Origin: a virus
DNA: 64,000 nt
IMG/VR virus record: IMGVR_UViG_3300009104_001476
Reading direction: 5' to 3' (one strand)
Under the pieces are notes generated by a model. The model ran no database searches, was not told where the DNA came from, and saw only the letters and a list, made by a program, of their open reading frames with translations. Both the position numbers and the translations under genes were made by a program. Shown piece by piece: positions 57,901-64,000 of the stretch; position 1 is the stretch's first letter, and each line of letters starts with the position of its first letter.

Positions 57901-60113
57901 AGAAGGCAGCTAAAGACTTCGCTCTCTCTGAATATGAATTTGGTAAAGAGATGAGAGGTTCAGCGGATCACATTAGCGCAGCTAAATCTCTGCTTGAGAA
58001 GCATTTAAAAGTAGGCAGCAAAAAAACAGAGCAGTCTTTGAAAAAGTATTTAAAAGCTATTGATGGAGCCACGACCCCTTTAGATGTAAAGCAGTTTAAT
58101 ATAGGTCAAATCACAAAATTTGCAGAACAATTAACTAAGGCGGAAAGAAGAAAATTCCGCAGAAGCTTAAATGGAAAAGATTTCAAAGAGATAAGAGCTT
58201 CTAGGGAGCGTGGAGAAATATCAAGAAAGGAAGAGAAAGATATATCAAGTAAGCTGGGTGAAATCAAAAAGTTAGAAGCCGAGGGCGCCCCTCTTGAAGA
58301 AATAAGAAAAGCTTGGGACGATTACTACAAATTGAGAGGAAGGGCATATGATTCAGAGACTGAATTTATAAAAGGTCTGGCAAATTTTTATAGATTGAGC
58401 GGTCAAGGCGACATTAAAGAGGTAATGGACACCACTAGAAGGGGTATTGTGAATCAATCTAGAGGAGACTTCTCTGACCTTGATGAGGCCCAAGGGTTCA
58501 ATCAGAACTTAATCGACTATCAAAACGAATTAAGGACTATAGCTGCAGAAAGAGGAGCAACCGAAAACGATCTTAAAGATGCCCTTAAGGCTGAAGCCGA
58601 ATATCAAAAAATGATTATTGACTTTAACAAAGGCAAGATCCAGTCTAAAGATAGGATAGCTGGTGCTGACGCAGCACTAAAGGCTAAGAGAGCAGCAGGG
58701 AAGGACACGGCGGACGATTTCCTTGACGCTATGCAGGCAAGATTTTCATACGGCAAAAGAGAGGCGATTCAAGCTATACAAGACACTGTGTTAAATATGA
58801 TCGATACTTTTGAAAGCGAATTAAATGACGCTTTATTTAACGCTATTTCGGGAGCTAAAGACGCCAAAGAAGCCTTTAAAGACATGGCTGACGCCATGCT
58901 TGATGAAATAACTAGAATGAGTATAGAAGCGACCACTAGGGCTGTTATAGGAAGCTTAGGGATACCGGGTATGGCAAGGGGTGGATTGGTAACGGGTGGA
59001 TCAGGAGTTAAAGATGATGTTCCTAGGCTGTTACAGGGGGGAGAATTCGTAATAAAGAAAGATTCTGTGGATAAGTTTGGACCGGGATTATTTAAAGCTC
59101 TAAATGAACAAAATGTTGCCCAGTTTAGTGAGGGGGGGGTTGCTAGCTCTTTAGAGACCCCTTTGCAACGAAGTATGAGGAGTAAGGGTATTGGAATAGG
59201 GATGGAGAAGGTGGAGCATGTCCCTGATCCTCAAGGAGGACTAAGTAGTATTTCTGACACTAAAGGCGGAGGCTCTGGATTTACCTTGAGAAACGCTTTT
59301 GTTTTCGATGACGATAAAAGGCCTACGGGTGGGGTTCTTGAAGTAGATTCAAGGTTAAGTAGAAGAGCTTTAATGGATCCAGATAACCCGAGGAATAAAG
59401 TAAGGATGGATAAAGAAAAAGCTTTGGTAGATTATACGGAACAAAGAATGCAAGACTGGGAAGATTATCAAGAGGCTATGCAAGATTATTATGATAAAAG
59501 AAAAAATCGGTGGAGAATGGCTGGGTGGAATATAGCTATGCAATTAGGCTTAAATTATATGAAAGGCGATAGGGGTGGTGCTAAAAATAAGGGAGAGGGT
59601 CGCTTGCATGGAGCATGGGACTGGGTTAATGATAAAATAAATAAAAAGGACAATGAACCTTTCCCGGGTGGACAACAGCCGCAAAGAAGAGCTCAAGGAG
59701 GCTTTATTCCGTTTGCAAACGGAGGTCTTAGCTCTGATAAAATACCAGCTATGTTAACCGCTGGTGAATATATAATGAGTAGAGAGTCCGTAGAGAAATA
59801 TGGTATCGACACAATGCGTAAGTTAAACCAAGGACAAGTAGGGGGGTATGCTAAAGGAGGTTTAGTAAATGAAGGAGGTCCGTCTAGTAGTGGAGCGAGT
59901 GGTTTATCTGGCTCTGTAGCAGGAACTAATAACGTTAACATTACAGTAAATGTTGATAGCACGGGCAAGGCTGATAGTCAGTTATCTTCTCAGGGGAGTG
60001 CGGCTTCCGAATCCGAGCAATCTAAGAATATGGCTAGGCAAATAGAAACAGCAGTTGTGGGGGTGTTGTTACAACAGCAGAAACAAGGCGGTATGCTTAG
60101 AAAAACTAGGTAA
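45903..60113 (+). CDS. Giant tape-measure protein (4736 aa) with embedded modules
   Basis: N-terminal TP901/PhageMin_Tail-like core (ATELARQG..., VDAAFAVSTNDLADAL, TARGGAVIGNSLKSIFTRI); long coiled coils; C-terminal GG..D.VP..L..GE.V motifs. Confidence 0.88.
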   Translation: MAESASVRVRAELDSRPAEKTLARFVKKAESVDVRLSLKDKNFTQPLGRITGAADEFNKSLAASNARVVAFAASAGLMYSVQRALVSVTKSAIEVEAALADINVILGASSTNLAKFGDQLFKIAGQTGQAFQTVTVAATELARQGLSMEETLRRTKDAMILTRLAGMDAASAVDALTASINSFNKAAITSTEIVNKMATVDAAFAVSTNDLADALKRVGSSAIDAGVSFDQLMAMTTSVQQITARGGAVIGNSLKSIFTRIQRTEVLDQLQMLGVAVRDMKGNTLPAIQIMTQLAKTIDSLSSAQKANITELMGGVFQINVVKAALGDLGKEYSIYQNALKVSTDATDAATKRNEKLNETLSALVNKTFQNVKKAGAEIGKLTIAPALEGVLDKVNSALEKFDPKDSESTGNKIARGILEGIGNFIKGPGLIIGLAVIGKLLQQFGKFASDSFKEFFNINEAAKKRLAMEKFINQELSHNEDLTQAILSGELKVADAEKIILKGLEARVLQQEKLNRLIKEASYGLSRRGAHAALVDPTEGTYAVKPPKRSGGHVPNFSQIDIQALVKEELTSASYAKSGTKAVIDTLPGLGLHVRNTEESISYAPGMRSPFINPPIDSPEGRTHREKSIRQTGIDPYQLSSSSGLPGFAKANKKKPTPKIKDLRSSNKSKGVLLPEFGRNDTNLTFQSSLAQVFPDTKSLERQKWAEKGFTGFKMTGVKAARLREKSSASFDTLLDSNFDPAIQGLGSSIVGTNKGKLPKKTTGKFSDYFDKKAWPQTKGRIFEAALNYVAVNMSAKAQMNNRLAEIKNLTGGETWDFPDIKNQLASLYKIQPAGNWDAKSNIDQGTQASIIKKTLNTKYQGKTIPNKSAGSIPNFSLGQKVMGINTIQAKNAIERFRSGEISQAQGLVTQINSSRSLSSAEKSTLKEEINAIRRQKKNAKNPKGLTIDGTNLGSMLVPRVGSSQGTGLAKPKIDKDNTLLRQYLSKNYQAKTGLNFDKLPEEAKKKVISSTKASFPVLAPSRGNNVNIVDDVATAIEKETRSFVASMKGGSEAKKANVLNNLSTHQSSISSAAGAVFESGIKSAFDLEIGKTNDRFDVSTSAGLKEAFPIETPYGEFKIDDNSPLRQDMAAKILRQKIQMGIASGGHVPNFASPQSLTTPPPPYTREETERLIKLWTSGKANRFDPNDLWESMPRNRRGPEVDPITGLPVSLKSPTHSARLQRGYQGNPAFGFGLSPWSGGAVEPRVNPRTGLPYAGGFIPSFSKKDTNRMRESKQAGVPYSQTYLSFVDTSKYAGPVIGNRKDEPTYQALIKAVRSHPDPKNAGMAAGGYIPSFADAADAPAPLPIKKMNLDDLGSEPLKRVKTLESKLKGFVARLEKMNETTGGLSPEVNEAVEEAKGALSFVQKTGKKLGELGGKIQELEDELKPLETDLDEANLSIQGSNTHLEGLRGELEQFKAELGQTEDGVTLAREDLKASNNAISSLPNLEDGYKNLKTKEEEKLQELRAAEQAAGKQERKNLVNKRAVIQGDFDEEGMRHGQPDRVGYTKSVLGELGANAGQAGGRSSIKTLTEGVGASKTGQLDLKAQDALAITLQKQRNAAIMGQHDEAQKIEDEFRLTHKISEKHTHTQDALDKVFQKNLDAGTTIGNKAEEEAALWDKTTQAKKAEYETAKDKTKLAEGEYKEAKRLKGLRGKREKALDKATRAEEKAADQVTLTNRKISEGNQERDKQKRKQKDINNKIDKVNKELDDEVKAQAAKTKEVEEGVDKAKKVNDSTGKVEKGLQKEAEGRKNQSFGAGSYNPWSQQGKRYKSLKVAAGGDTDALAALGLTQGQAQGELAGAKEQRQQAIQGKAMLASMALPMVTSMAAQHFEEGTEEGARGKAGAEAIGQAGSMAAMGAMFGPWGAAAGAVVGATMGIIDVLGKWEDKTYEFNTAAETAEEKLTKFNNASQTYLKSLTEFNEVMTSTSGEIDGNKADKFRKNLSEALLSIPSEYRFQLSKAQGNVERIQEIFAEIQADLQRDANTRRAQADLATEIEERIPRGKGKMFKGKESDSDQKKVFEMIKSTLDMSRFYGEEGEKLGAKLRNASKKIASDFSGFKAVLKEAGADAKTLELLDDMLEGGASNITLLGDEFENFGSDAALASRAGDNLTSSILAYRRRMEAVKEEQDRWNSIMDESKERVKRLASVLLDRLKFIDNMRNQRAAHARGMAMTEIKGRQQVAQPFIDNIQKVDLGASVQRADMQNKQVNSLEKLNSSIKIGLIGTINDKFEKLTTSTERITENASEDQNLTNNELQKQNKTLTGYRDALIKAVTSASGGGDTFHEIAASMKEIIKKAEVTGSARAALESDLLAVVEKGNHDLALMSDAHKNELETQRLSAQYQKETAINTKQMAQLGTIGGMMAGPDFSKINKVFEDAALSSFRANSDQEGSRSSLNILDLLRNFAGTSGAALPASMRANAVEGVKSNLSTKVARIRSGMESTGQMTPELQEELDQLNNNLDEIAETKVAAQLKDVPTHLQTIADKISSLTDKTVNEASMEQAVAAALTSVMGGSSKHIVDPLVRIESILNFQRGINEIKQVQNNVADALKAQQQLAGNIETSMSEVGSMAIDLAKNVPDSILDATVGMNIKQIRGLIDNEGQGFTQDAEGLAKQKGALQKLMNVVIKLDGTITRGKVFDTDWGLNSPDLVAEREDAKIIGGNTSAISRTGQGSMLHKQIVDLKANQEKFESDTRSGKYDEAFNEGMNLTKISALKRHMYGAGPISDVIRITKEHLRMNKEFGFKGPGEGPRVDHQLIEKFINKLVTSSASLKGDEKLDFGAVWGLLREADQEWVNQKGPRYGMAFNQSDGGNLTNQKKVVNAALLALATYAENQKSGASIDHSGSWSDQSGRRKTVREEVRNQMNATMQGLQQRADDPLQTGRKHQVLPTFDQLTGEGGLLDKQLVKNQEVESAQAEMRRLMAQLTKRSTAEQVNMMRDRYAGEMRQREGKMGAIVTGLGIGPGAKDEVMDKLKKASSVEEVTKIIKDADGEVSDKQKVTLEQLEGEIQEHKAQKKVLEEITAIYNRKKATAAAAAAEEEEKLKVERKALEKEASGKIGQALELKTPEAKRAFNKEIRNMDWKKLSELNTYFDEQEAGVLHALYPGSKDLEEALSPTGGLLGEGSAAKRKTVKEMMAERTRQAAGRTANLFGDNIFSYDAELQKAGFKERYTNPMLPGQNNAFKNAKIDDPFQIRAGAEVTFMDDKGIIESIRDRYATIGVGAQEAKALTQDVAKKVIKGRLEAFKLFKNSDLSYSQYIVKLAGAELEMFRTDAASGKISQADLAGKLKAQVDKELGEGLNVDHLFAQYLHANMSMNKKDYDNLARTVAESMASGLMGHKGGGIHSAQLVQDKSKKIVDRVKGLELGKSQTTAYTNALGTFETFQMNFNLGLGGRAQMLAALNTKLQSALQNTRGTDGEIEKAYDEYIEALTTGLRPQDKIMERKGIMDSTGKKVGRDQIKTLDSKVESIVNKYEGQAAAGLITEEGRTTLQNAESILEATKLANEKDLVSTAAMTTARKNFLDALLKHGSDQTAVADAYRNYAASVAAKFKPQDLTGISAQVTGQFGQEMMGPDAGTFGATSQAITEKYNKAFGKGQISKAAVPRLAKAEGALKAAESKAKAGVLTAEQLTGAYLKFLNTLNSETNKLTEVQAAYEKYTASLGEKKGGKDLVTSRTKVLEATRKGATRGGQAGLVEEVESITKANQRLFNRGKLTGESLEALNKAESQYHNAQTNWANGLSSTAALMAAASKNLQAAVASGNTGKIKKALNEYISKLDTELKPQDYLEKAGKFIQKNQNKVGKGNREDFAKDLKKTSDKYEKLVDEGLLTEQDGQIISQALADFGAAQQNFKDGLISQSQLLKSAENQLSKISGTSGSAEIKKAMKDYMKASTEPIDALSTLQETGKDLGSLGGGILGKDLGKFKKQLQGINQSYNDSVNDGTLTRQNAKTLKKAAKDFALSEYEFGKEMRGSADHISAAKSLLEKHLKVGSKKTEQSLKKYLKAIDGATTPLDVKQFNIGQITKFAEQLTKAERRKFRRSLNGKDFKEIRASRERGEISRKEEKDISSKLGEIKKLEAEGAPLEEIRKAWDDYYKLRGRAYDSETEFIKGLANFYRLSGQGDIKEVMDTTRRGIVNQSRGDFSDLDEAQGFNQNLIDYQNELRTIAAERGATENDLKDALKAEAEYQKMIIDFNKGKIQSKDRIAGADAALKAKRAAGKDTADDFLDAMQARFSYGKREAIQAIQDTVLNMIDTFESELNDALFNAISGAKDAKEAFKDMADAMLDEITRMSIEATTRAVIGSLGIPGMARGGLVTGGSGVKDDVPRLLQGGEFVIKKDSVDKFGPGLFKALNEQNVAQFSEGGVASSLETPLQRSMRSKGIGIGMEKVEHVPDPQGGLSSISDTKGGGSGFTLRNAFVFDDDKRPTGGVLEVDSRLSRRALMDPDNPRNKVRMDKEKALVDYTEQRMQDWEDYQEAMQDYYDKRKNRWRMAGWNIAMQLGLNYMKGDRGGAKNKGEGRLHGAWDWVNDKINKKDNEPFPGGQQPQRRAQGGFIPFANGGLSSDKIPAMLTAGEYIMSRESVEKYGIDTMRKLNQGQVGGYAKGGLVNEGGPSSSGASGLSGSVAGTNNVNITVNVDSTGKADSQLSSQGSAASESEQSKNMARQIETAVVGVLLQQQKQGGMLRKTR

Positions 60114-60951
60114 GTTTATTCTTTAATTCTTGAAGCTCTTTATCTATAGTCATCAAAGCTTGATTAAGTATAGCTTCATTTTTATTTATATCATCTCTAA
60201 GTAAGGGTAAATTTAGATTAGGAGTAAAGTCTGTTAAAATTCTATATTGTGCATTAATTTTATTATCTTTAAGGTAATTTGTTTCAAGTATTAATTCCCA
60301 CTTAGTCGTTGAGACTTTTCCATTCTGAGTGTTAGGGGGTAGTGGGTGATTTAAAACTATAACAGTGCCTTTTTCAGAATATAATAAATTAGCTATGGAC
60401 CTATCTTCGATTGTCCTTTTGTCAAGCATGTTGAAATTCACCTCTACTTCGGCTTTTCCAAAGACTTGTTTAGTTTCCGGAGCTTCTATATATATTCCAT
60501 GGGTATCCACTTCTATATTAAGGATTCCTCCATTCTTATCAACTTCTGTGACTTTAAGTTGAGTGGGGATGTCTACGTCATTGACTAAATCTTTTTTAGA
60601 GAGTCCTCCTTGAAGGGTAAGGATTTCCCCCTTTTTGAAGTCGGCGCCCTTTTTCTTGATAGATATTTCTGAGACTTCGTACTCTTTGAATGTAAGCCTG
60701 ATAGAGTCGTTCAAGCCGAGCTTAAGCCCTGTATTCTCGTGAATAAAGATTTTATCATTTTCGACCCTCTCGAAGTCTTTGATATAAAAGAAGTTTTCTT
60801 TATTTACTATTTTGTAAAAATTATCATCCTCGTCAAAAACAATAAAGCTTCCCTCTATTAAAGCCCCCCAATCCGCTTGGGAAGAAGCAATAACTTTATT
60901 AGTGTCTTTTAAAATAGAAGCCGTATATCCGAAATGTTTCCTTGTTGCCAT
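60106..60951 (-). CDS. Hypothetical tail/baseplate-associated protein
   Basis: 281 aa, convergent with the tape measure (8-nt overlap); GTGTAA upstream at 60974-60969. Confidence 0.55.
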   Translation of the reverse strand: MATRKHFGYTASILKDTNKVIASSQADWGALIEGSFIVFDEDDNFYKIVNKENFFYIKDFERVENDKIFIHENTGLKLGLNDSIRLTFKEYEVSEISIKKKGADFKKGEILTLQGGLSKKDLVNDVDIPTQLKVTEVDKNGGILNIEVDTHGIYIEAPETKQVFGKAEVEVNFNMLDKRTIEDRSIANLLYSEKGTVIVLNHPLPPNTQNGKVSTTKWELILETNYLKDNKINAQYRILTDFTPNLNLPLLRDDINKNEAILNQALMTIDKELQELKNKLT

Positions 60952-60963
60952 AACCTTGTATAT

Positions 60964-61716
60964 TTAATTTACACTATTTGGTGGTAGATTTATGTTATTT
61001 TCGGGCAAAGCTGCGATAAGAATTGCCTGTTCCCCGCCTTCTTCATCTGGCGCCGAAACCGTAATTTTGGGTCGAAATACGTAAGAACTCCCCACTTGGG
61101 TAACTTTTACACTTTTTATAGATCCATCTTCTACCTCTGCTTCTGCTTCCATATTGAACCCTTTCTTTAAGGGGTGTCCGTTTGGCCCCTCTATTTCTAT
61201 TGTCGGTGGGGAACTGTATCCTTTTCCGGGGTTGTCTATATAAACTTCAAATACGTTATCATAAACATTAAAATTATTTATATCTTTAGTTTTTTTGAAC
61301 TCGAAGTTCCTGACAAGATCTGGAATATCTCTTAAGTATTGTTTAATTTTTGCTATTCTTTTCTTACATAAAGAACAATCTTCCTGCTCTAACAACTTAA
61401 TTATCTCTATATCTAGTTTTTGTAAAAGTTTTAATCGAGAGCTTTTTAGTTTTTGTATTTTTTGCTCTATGAGGTGGGATTCTATTTTCACTTTACCTGT
61501 TTCTGGGTTATAGTAATCACCGAACGTCGCCAAGTCATCTTCCGTGTCGTTAAACCATAGGGTCTTGTGAACTGACTCTTGAGAAAATTCTTTAAAGGAT
61601 AGGCATTGTCTTACCGCTTCCTCTCTCTGAGTGCTAAAAGGAAAAGAGTAAGTAAGCTTCTCTCCAGATTTTAATACAAAAATTAATATATTATGATTGT
61701 CTCTATTTTCGTTCAT
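60964..61716 (-). CDS. Tail-associated protein (fibre-assembly-like helix plus NPGKGY/QVGSSY beta repeats)
   Basis: KQYLRDIPD helix; VYIDNPGKGYSSPPTIEI...VKVTQVGSSY motif typical of phage baseplate/fibre proteins. Confidence 0.5.
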   Translation of the reverse strand: MNENRDNHNILIFVLKSGEKLTYSFPFSTQREEAVRQCLSFKEFSQESVHKTLWFNDTEDDLATFGDYYNPETGKVKIESHLIEQKIQKLKSSRLKLLQKLDIEIIKLLEQEDCSLCKKRIAKIKQYLRDIPDLVRNFEFKKTKDINNFNVYDNVFEVYIDNPGKGYSSPPTIEIEGPNGHPLKKGFNMEAEAEVEDGSIKSVKVTQVGSSYVFRPKITVSAPDEEGGEQAILIAALPENNINLPPNSVN

Positions 61717-61718
61717 AA

Positions 61719-64000
61719 TTAATACCCAGTCTTATACCAGCCTGACACATCCCCTGTCCAGCCTATTCCGTCATAGCTTTGAGAAGATACAAACGCATAG
61801 TCAATTCCTAAAGCATCATCGTAACGGCTCCATCCTCCTACCGACCCCCACTGAGCAGTTTTTAGGGCAGTAGTATAATCGTTAGTGGTCACTACCCCAA
61901 AGAACGCCTCTTCTAAATAAGAGTCATCAATTAGTCGACCTAGGTGCACGTCAAAATATCTTCTATTTTTAATTAACCCGCCGTAACCTTGACCAAAGCC
62001 CGCAGGGTGATGGTTCCATACCCCGGGTATGTTTTCTACAATGTCTCCGGGATCAAGCCAAGTCTGTACTGTCCCTGTCGAAAAGATATCTGTCCCTTCT
62101 CTAGCAAACAGCATAGAGGTTTTAGAGGTCACTGAGCCTGCTGGCCAAGCAGTATACTTACCATTCCAAGCGTTCAAACCTAGAACTGTATACGATGCCA
62201 ATCGGCCCGGTAAGTTGGGGGCGGGTAAATTATGTTCATCAAAATAGACTCTGAATCTTCTAAATCCATGTAGCGGTTTGGTGGCATCTATAGTGGGGTC
62301 GTCAGGAAGATAAACTTGTGCTCCTGTTTCATTATAGGAAGGGATGTTGTCGTCATCAATACCACCTGCGTAACCTAGCACTCCTGAAACATACGCTGAC
62401 CCAACATACGGCTCTCCTGAATAAATATCTCTATGCCAAAATTGGGGTACACCGACTCGTAAACCTGTAGCTGTATGCGTGGCGCTTACCTGAACTGATT
62501 GTCCTCCCCAGTCTCCGTATTTAGCTGAACCAGCATCGTACTGTCCTTGGGTAAACCTGCATGAATAACTGTCAGAATAGTTAGGGTAATATCTAATCGG
62601 ATTTTGATATTCGGTTTCATCTTGCCTGCACCCATAATCAAAAAAGCCATTATATCCGTAAAAATTTTCCACGTCTTTTTTCGATAAGATCCTTACGTTT
62701 TGAACCCCGTTCCCTTCCCAGATTCCGTTTACGTTTATCCTTATCCAAGCATGATAAGGGCTCATGCCTTTAGAGCTCGTAAATTTAGTGGGGTAAATTG
62801 GGCAGCCAGTAAAGCCTTGGTAAGGCGTCCTTGCCCCGCCACTAAACCAAGGGGCACTTCTCACGTATTTTGATCCTAGAACTGGGGTTTCTCCATCTCT
62901 TAAGCCGTAAGCTAGGAAGTCTTCTTCGCTCAGTATATAATTAGAAGTCGACGGATTTCCGACTTGGACTGGGCTTCCCGTAGTATATAAGCCGGTGTTT
63001 GCGTGGGTCGCGCCTAAGGTATCATTGAATTGACTAATGTAAGGTCTAGCAAAACCAACCCAAAGGCCCTCGTTCCAACCTCCACCCCCTGCCGCTTTCC
63101 CAGAAACCGCATAATCAAAAGAGTCGAAAAGGCTCATCGCTACGTAATAAGCTTTATCGAAATTAAAATGATTAGGAGCGTCATAGGTGTTCGTAGCGCT
63201 ACTGAAGCCTGCGCCCCAATCGGGTGAAACGATTATCGTATTATTCCTCCTTATAGTCCCGTCGCATGCACAATCAGAATATATAGTGGGCTCTGTAAAT
63301 GGTATTGAAATTATCTTATTTTCTGCCCTTGCGTCTGCGTCATTCGTAATGCCTAGCCTGCTGTATCTGGATACTCCTAGTAAGGTGTCAGACCTATCGT
63401 TTGCTGGTATTCCGGTTAGTCCGCCTAAGGGGGAACTAGGGGCAGACGTGAAGTCTTCGTAAGCGCTAAACGGTGTCGCACTAAGATAAACGTAACCCCC
63501 TGCTATATCATCTAAGTCGTAACCCATTTGCCTAAAGTTTATATATATTTTCCCGTCGGAAGTAATCATTTGTTCTGTGCATAAGTCTTCATCTCCTTGG
63601 CATAAACCCGGCCTAGCTCCTTGGTTTATAGAATCTCTAGGAGTCATCCAAAAACCAGAGGGTCTTACGTTATTAACTTCCGCTATATCATAACCTGACT
63701 GAGGCGGATTAAATGCGTCTGTTGAGAACCCTCCATTTATTCTGTCTCTAGCAACCACAGCAATATCGTAATGGCGAAACGGTCCGTTAGGTAACGCATA
63801 GTTTTGTTCAAAAGGAAACTGGAACAAGTTCCGACTACCAGTGTAAGGGCCCCCTATAATATTACCTGTCAAAGCGTTACTACCCGGTAGGGGTTCCCTT
63901 ATTGTCACAACGTACTCTAGCTCGATAGGCGGAGTTTGACCTAAAAAGCTAGCGTCCCAAGTAAAGGCTTGATCTTTACTCTTAGGTTTTATCACAGCTC
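61719..64000 (-). CDS. Large virion (tail-tip/baseplate-like) protein, N-terminus outside the window
   Basis: Frame remains open past 63995 to the window edge; Gly/Tyr/Asp-rich beta composition. Confidence 0.6.
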   Translation of the reverse strand, partial: AVIKPKSKDQAFTWDASFLGQTPPIELEYVVTIREPLPGSNALTGNIIGGPYTGSRNLFQFPFEQNYALPNGPFRHYDIAVVARDRINGGFSTDAFNPPQSGYDIAEVNNVRPSGFWMTPRDSINQGARPGLCQGDEDLCTEQMITSDGKIYINFRQMGYDLDDIAGGYVYLSATPFSAYEDFTSAPSSPLGGLTGIPANDRSDTLLGVSRYSRLGITNDADARAENKIISIPFTEPTIYSDCACDGTIRRNNTIIVSPDWGAGFSSATNTYDAPNHFNFDKAYYVAMSLFDSFDYAVSGKAAGGGGWNEGLWVGFARPYISQFNDTLGATHANTGLYTTGSPVQVGNPSTSNYILSEEDFLAYGLRDGETPVLGSKYVRSAPWFSGGARTPYQGFTGCPIYPTKFTSSKGMSPYHAWIRINVNGIWEGNGVQNVRILSKKDVENFYGYNGFFDYGCRQDETEYQNPIRYYPNYSDSYSCRFTQGQYDAGSAKYGDWGGQSVQVSATHTATGLRVGVPQFWHRDIYSGEPYVGSAYVSGVLGYAGGIDDDNIPSYNETGAQVYLPDDPTIDATKPLHGFRRFRVYFDEHNLPAPNLPGRLASYTVLGLNAWNGKYTAWPAGSVTSKTSMLFAREGTDIFSTGTVQTWLDPGDIVENIPGVWNHHPAGFGQGYGGLIKNRRYFDVHLGRLIDDSYLEEAFFGVVTTNDYTTALKTAQWGSVGGWSRYDDALGIDYAFVSSQSYDGIGWTGDVSGWYKTGY

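Noticed and set aside
46331-59968. Many short minus-strand ORFs within the tape measure
   Set aside because: Antisense shadows of a long coding frame; no motifs or RBS.
1-64000. Stop-codon reassignment
   Set aside because: Long ORFs tile the window under the standard code with both TAA and TAG as genuine stops.

Overview
64-kb slice of the morphogenesis region of a large, AT-rich dsDNA tailed phage (Caudoviricetes). It is probably a siphovirus: a tail tube and tape measure are present and no sheath gene is seen. The host is probably diderm, given the lipoproteins and spanin-like genes; it cannot be named from sequence. Gene order: sigma-factor-like gene, ERCC4 nuclease, terminase large subunit, portal, tail-tube paralogue, tubulin/FtsZ-family GTPase, membrane/lysis cassette, prohead protease-scaffold, decoration protein, major capsid, large fibre/appendage genes (YHYH, mucin-like, collagen-like, 2453-aa repeat protein), GT2-TPR glycosyltransferase, neck genes, tail tube, two chaperone-like genes, a 4736-aa tape measure, then convergent minus-strand tail genes. 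A GTGTAA motif precedes many genes and looks like the late promoter. The most striking element is an intergenic transcription unit (~25379-25724) with a complete group I ribozyme core but no upstream exon. Its internal guide sequence lies at the transcript 5' end and pairs with a U-G splice site DOWNSTREAM of the omega-G. This reads as a naturally permuted (L1-split) group I intron predicted to back-splice a 76-nt circular RNA. All protein calls rest on motif recognition and synteny; no database search was run.
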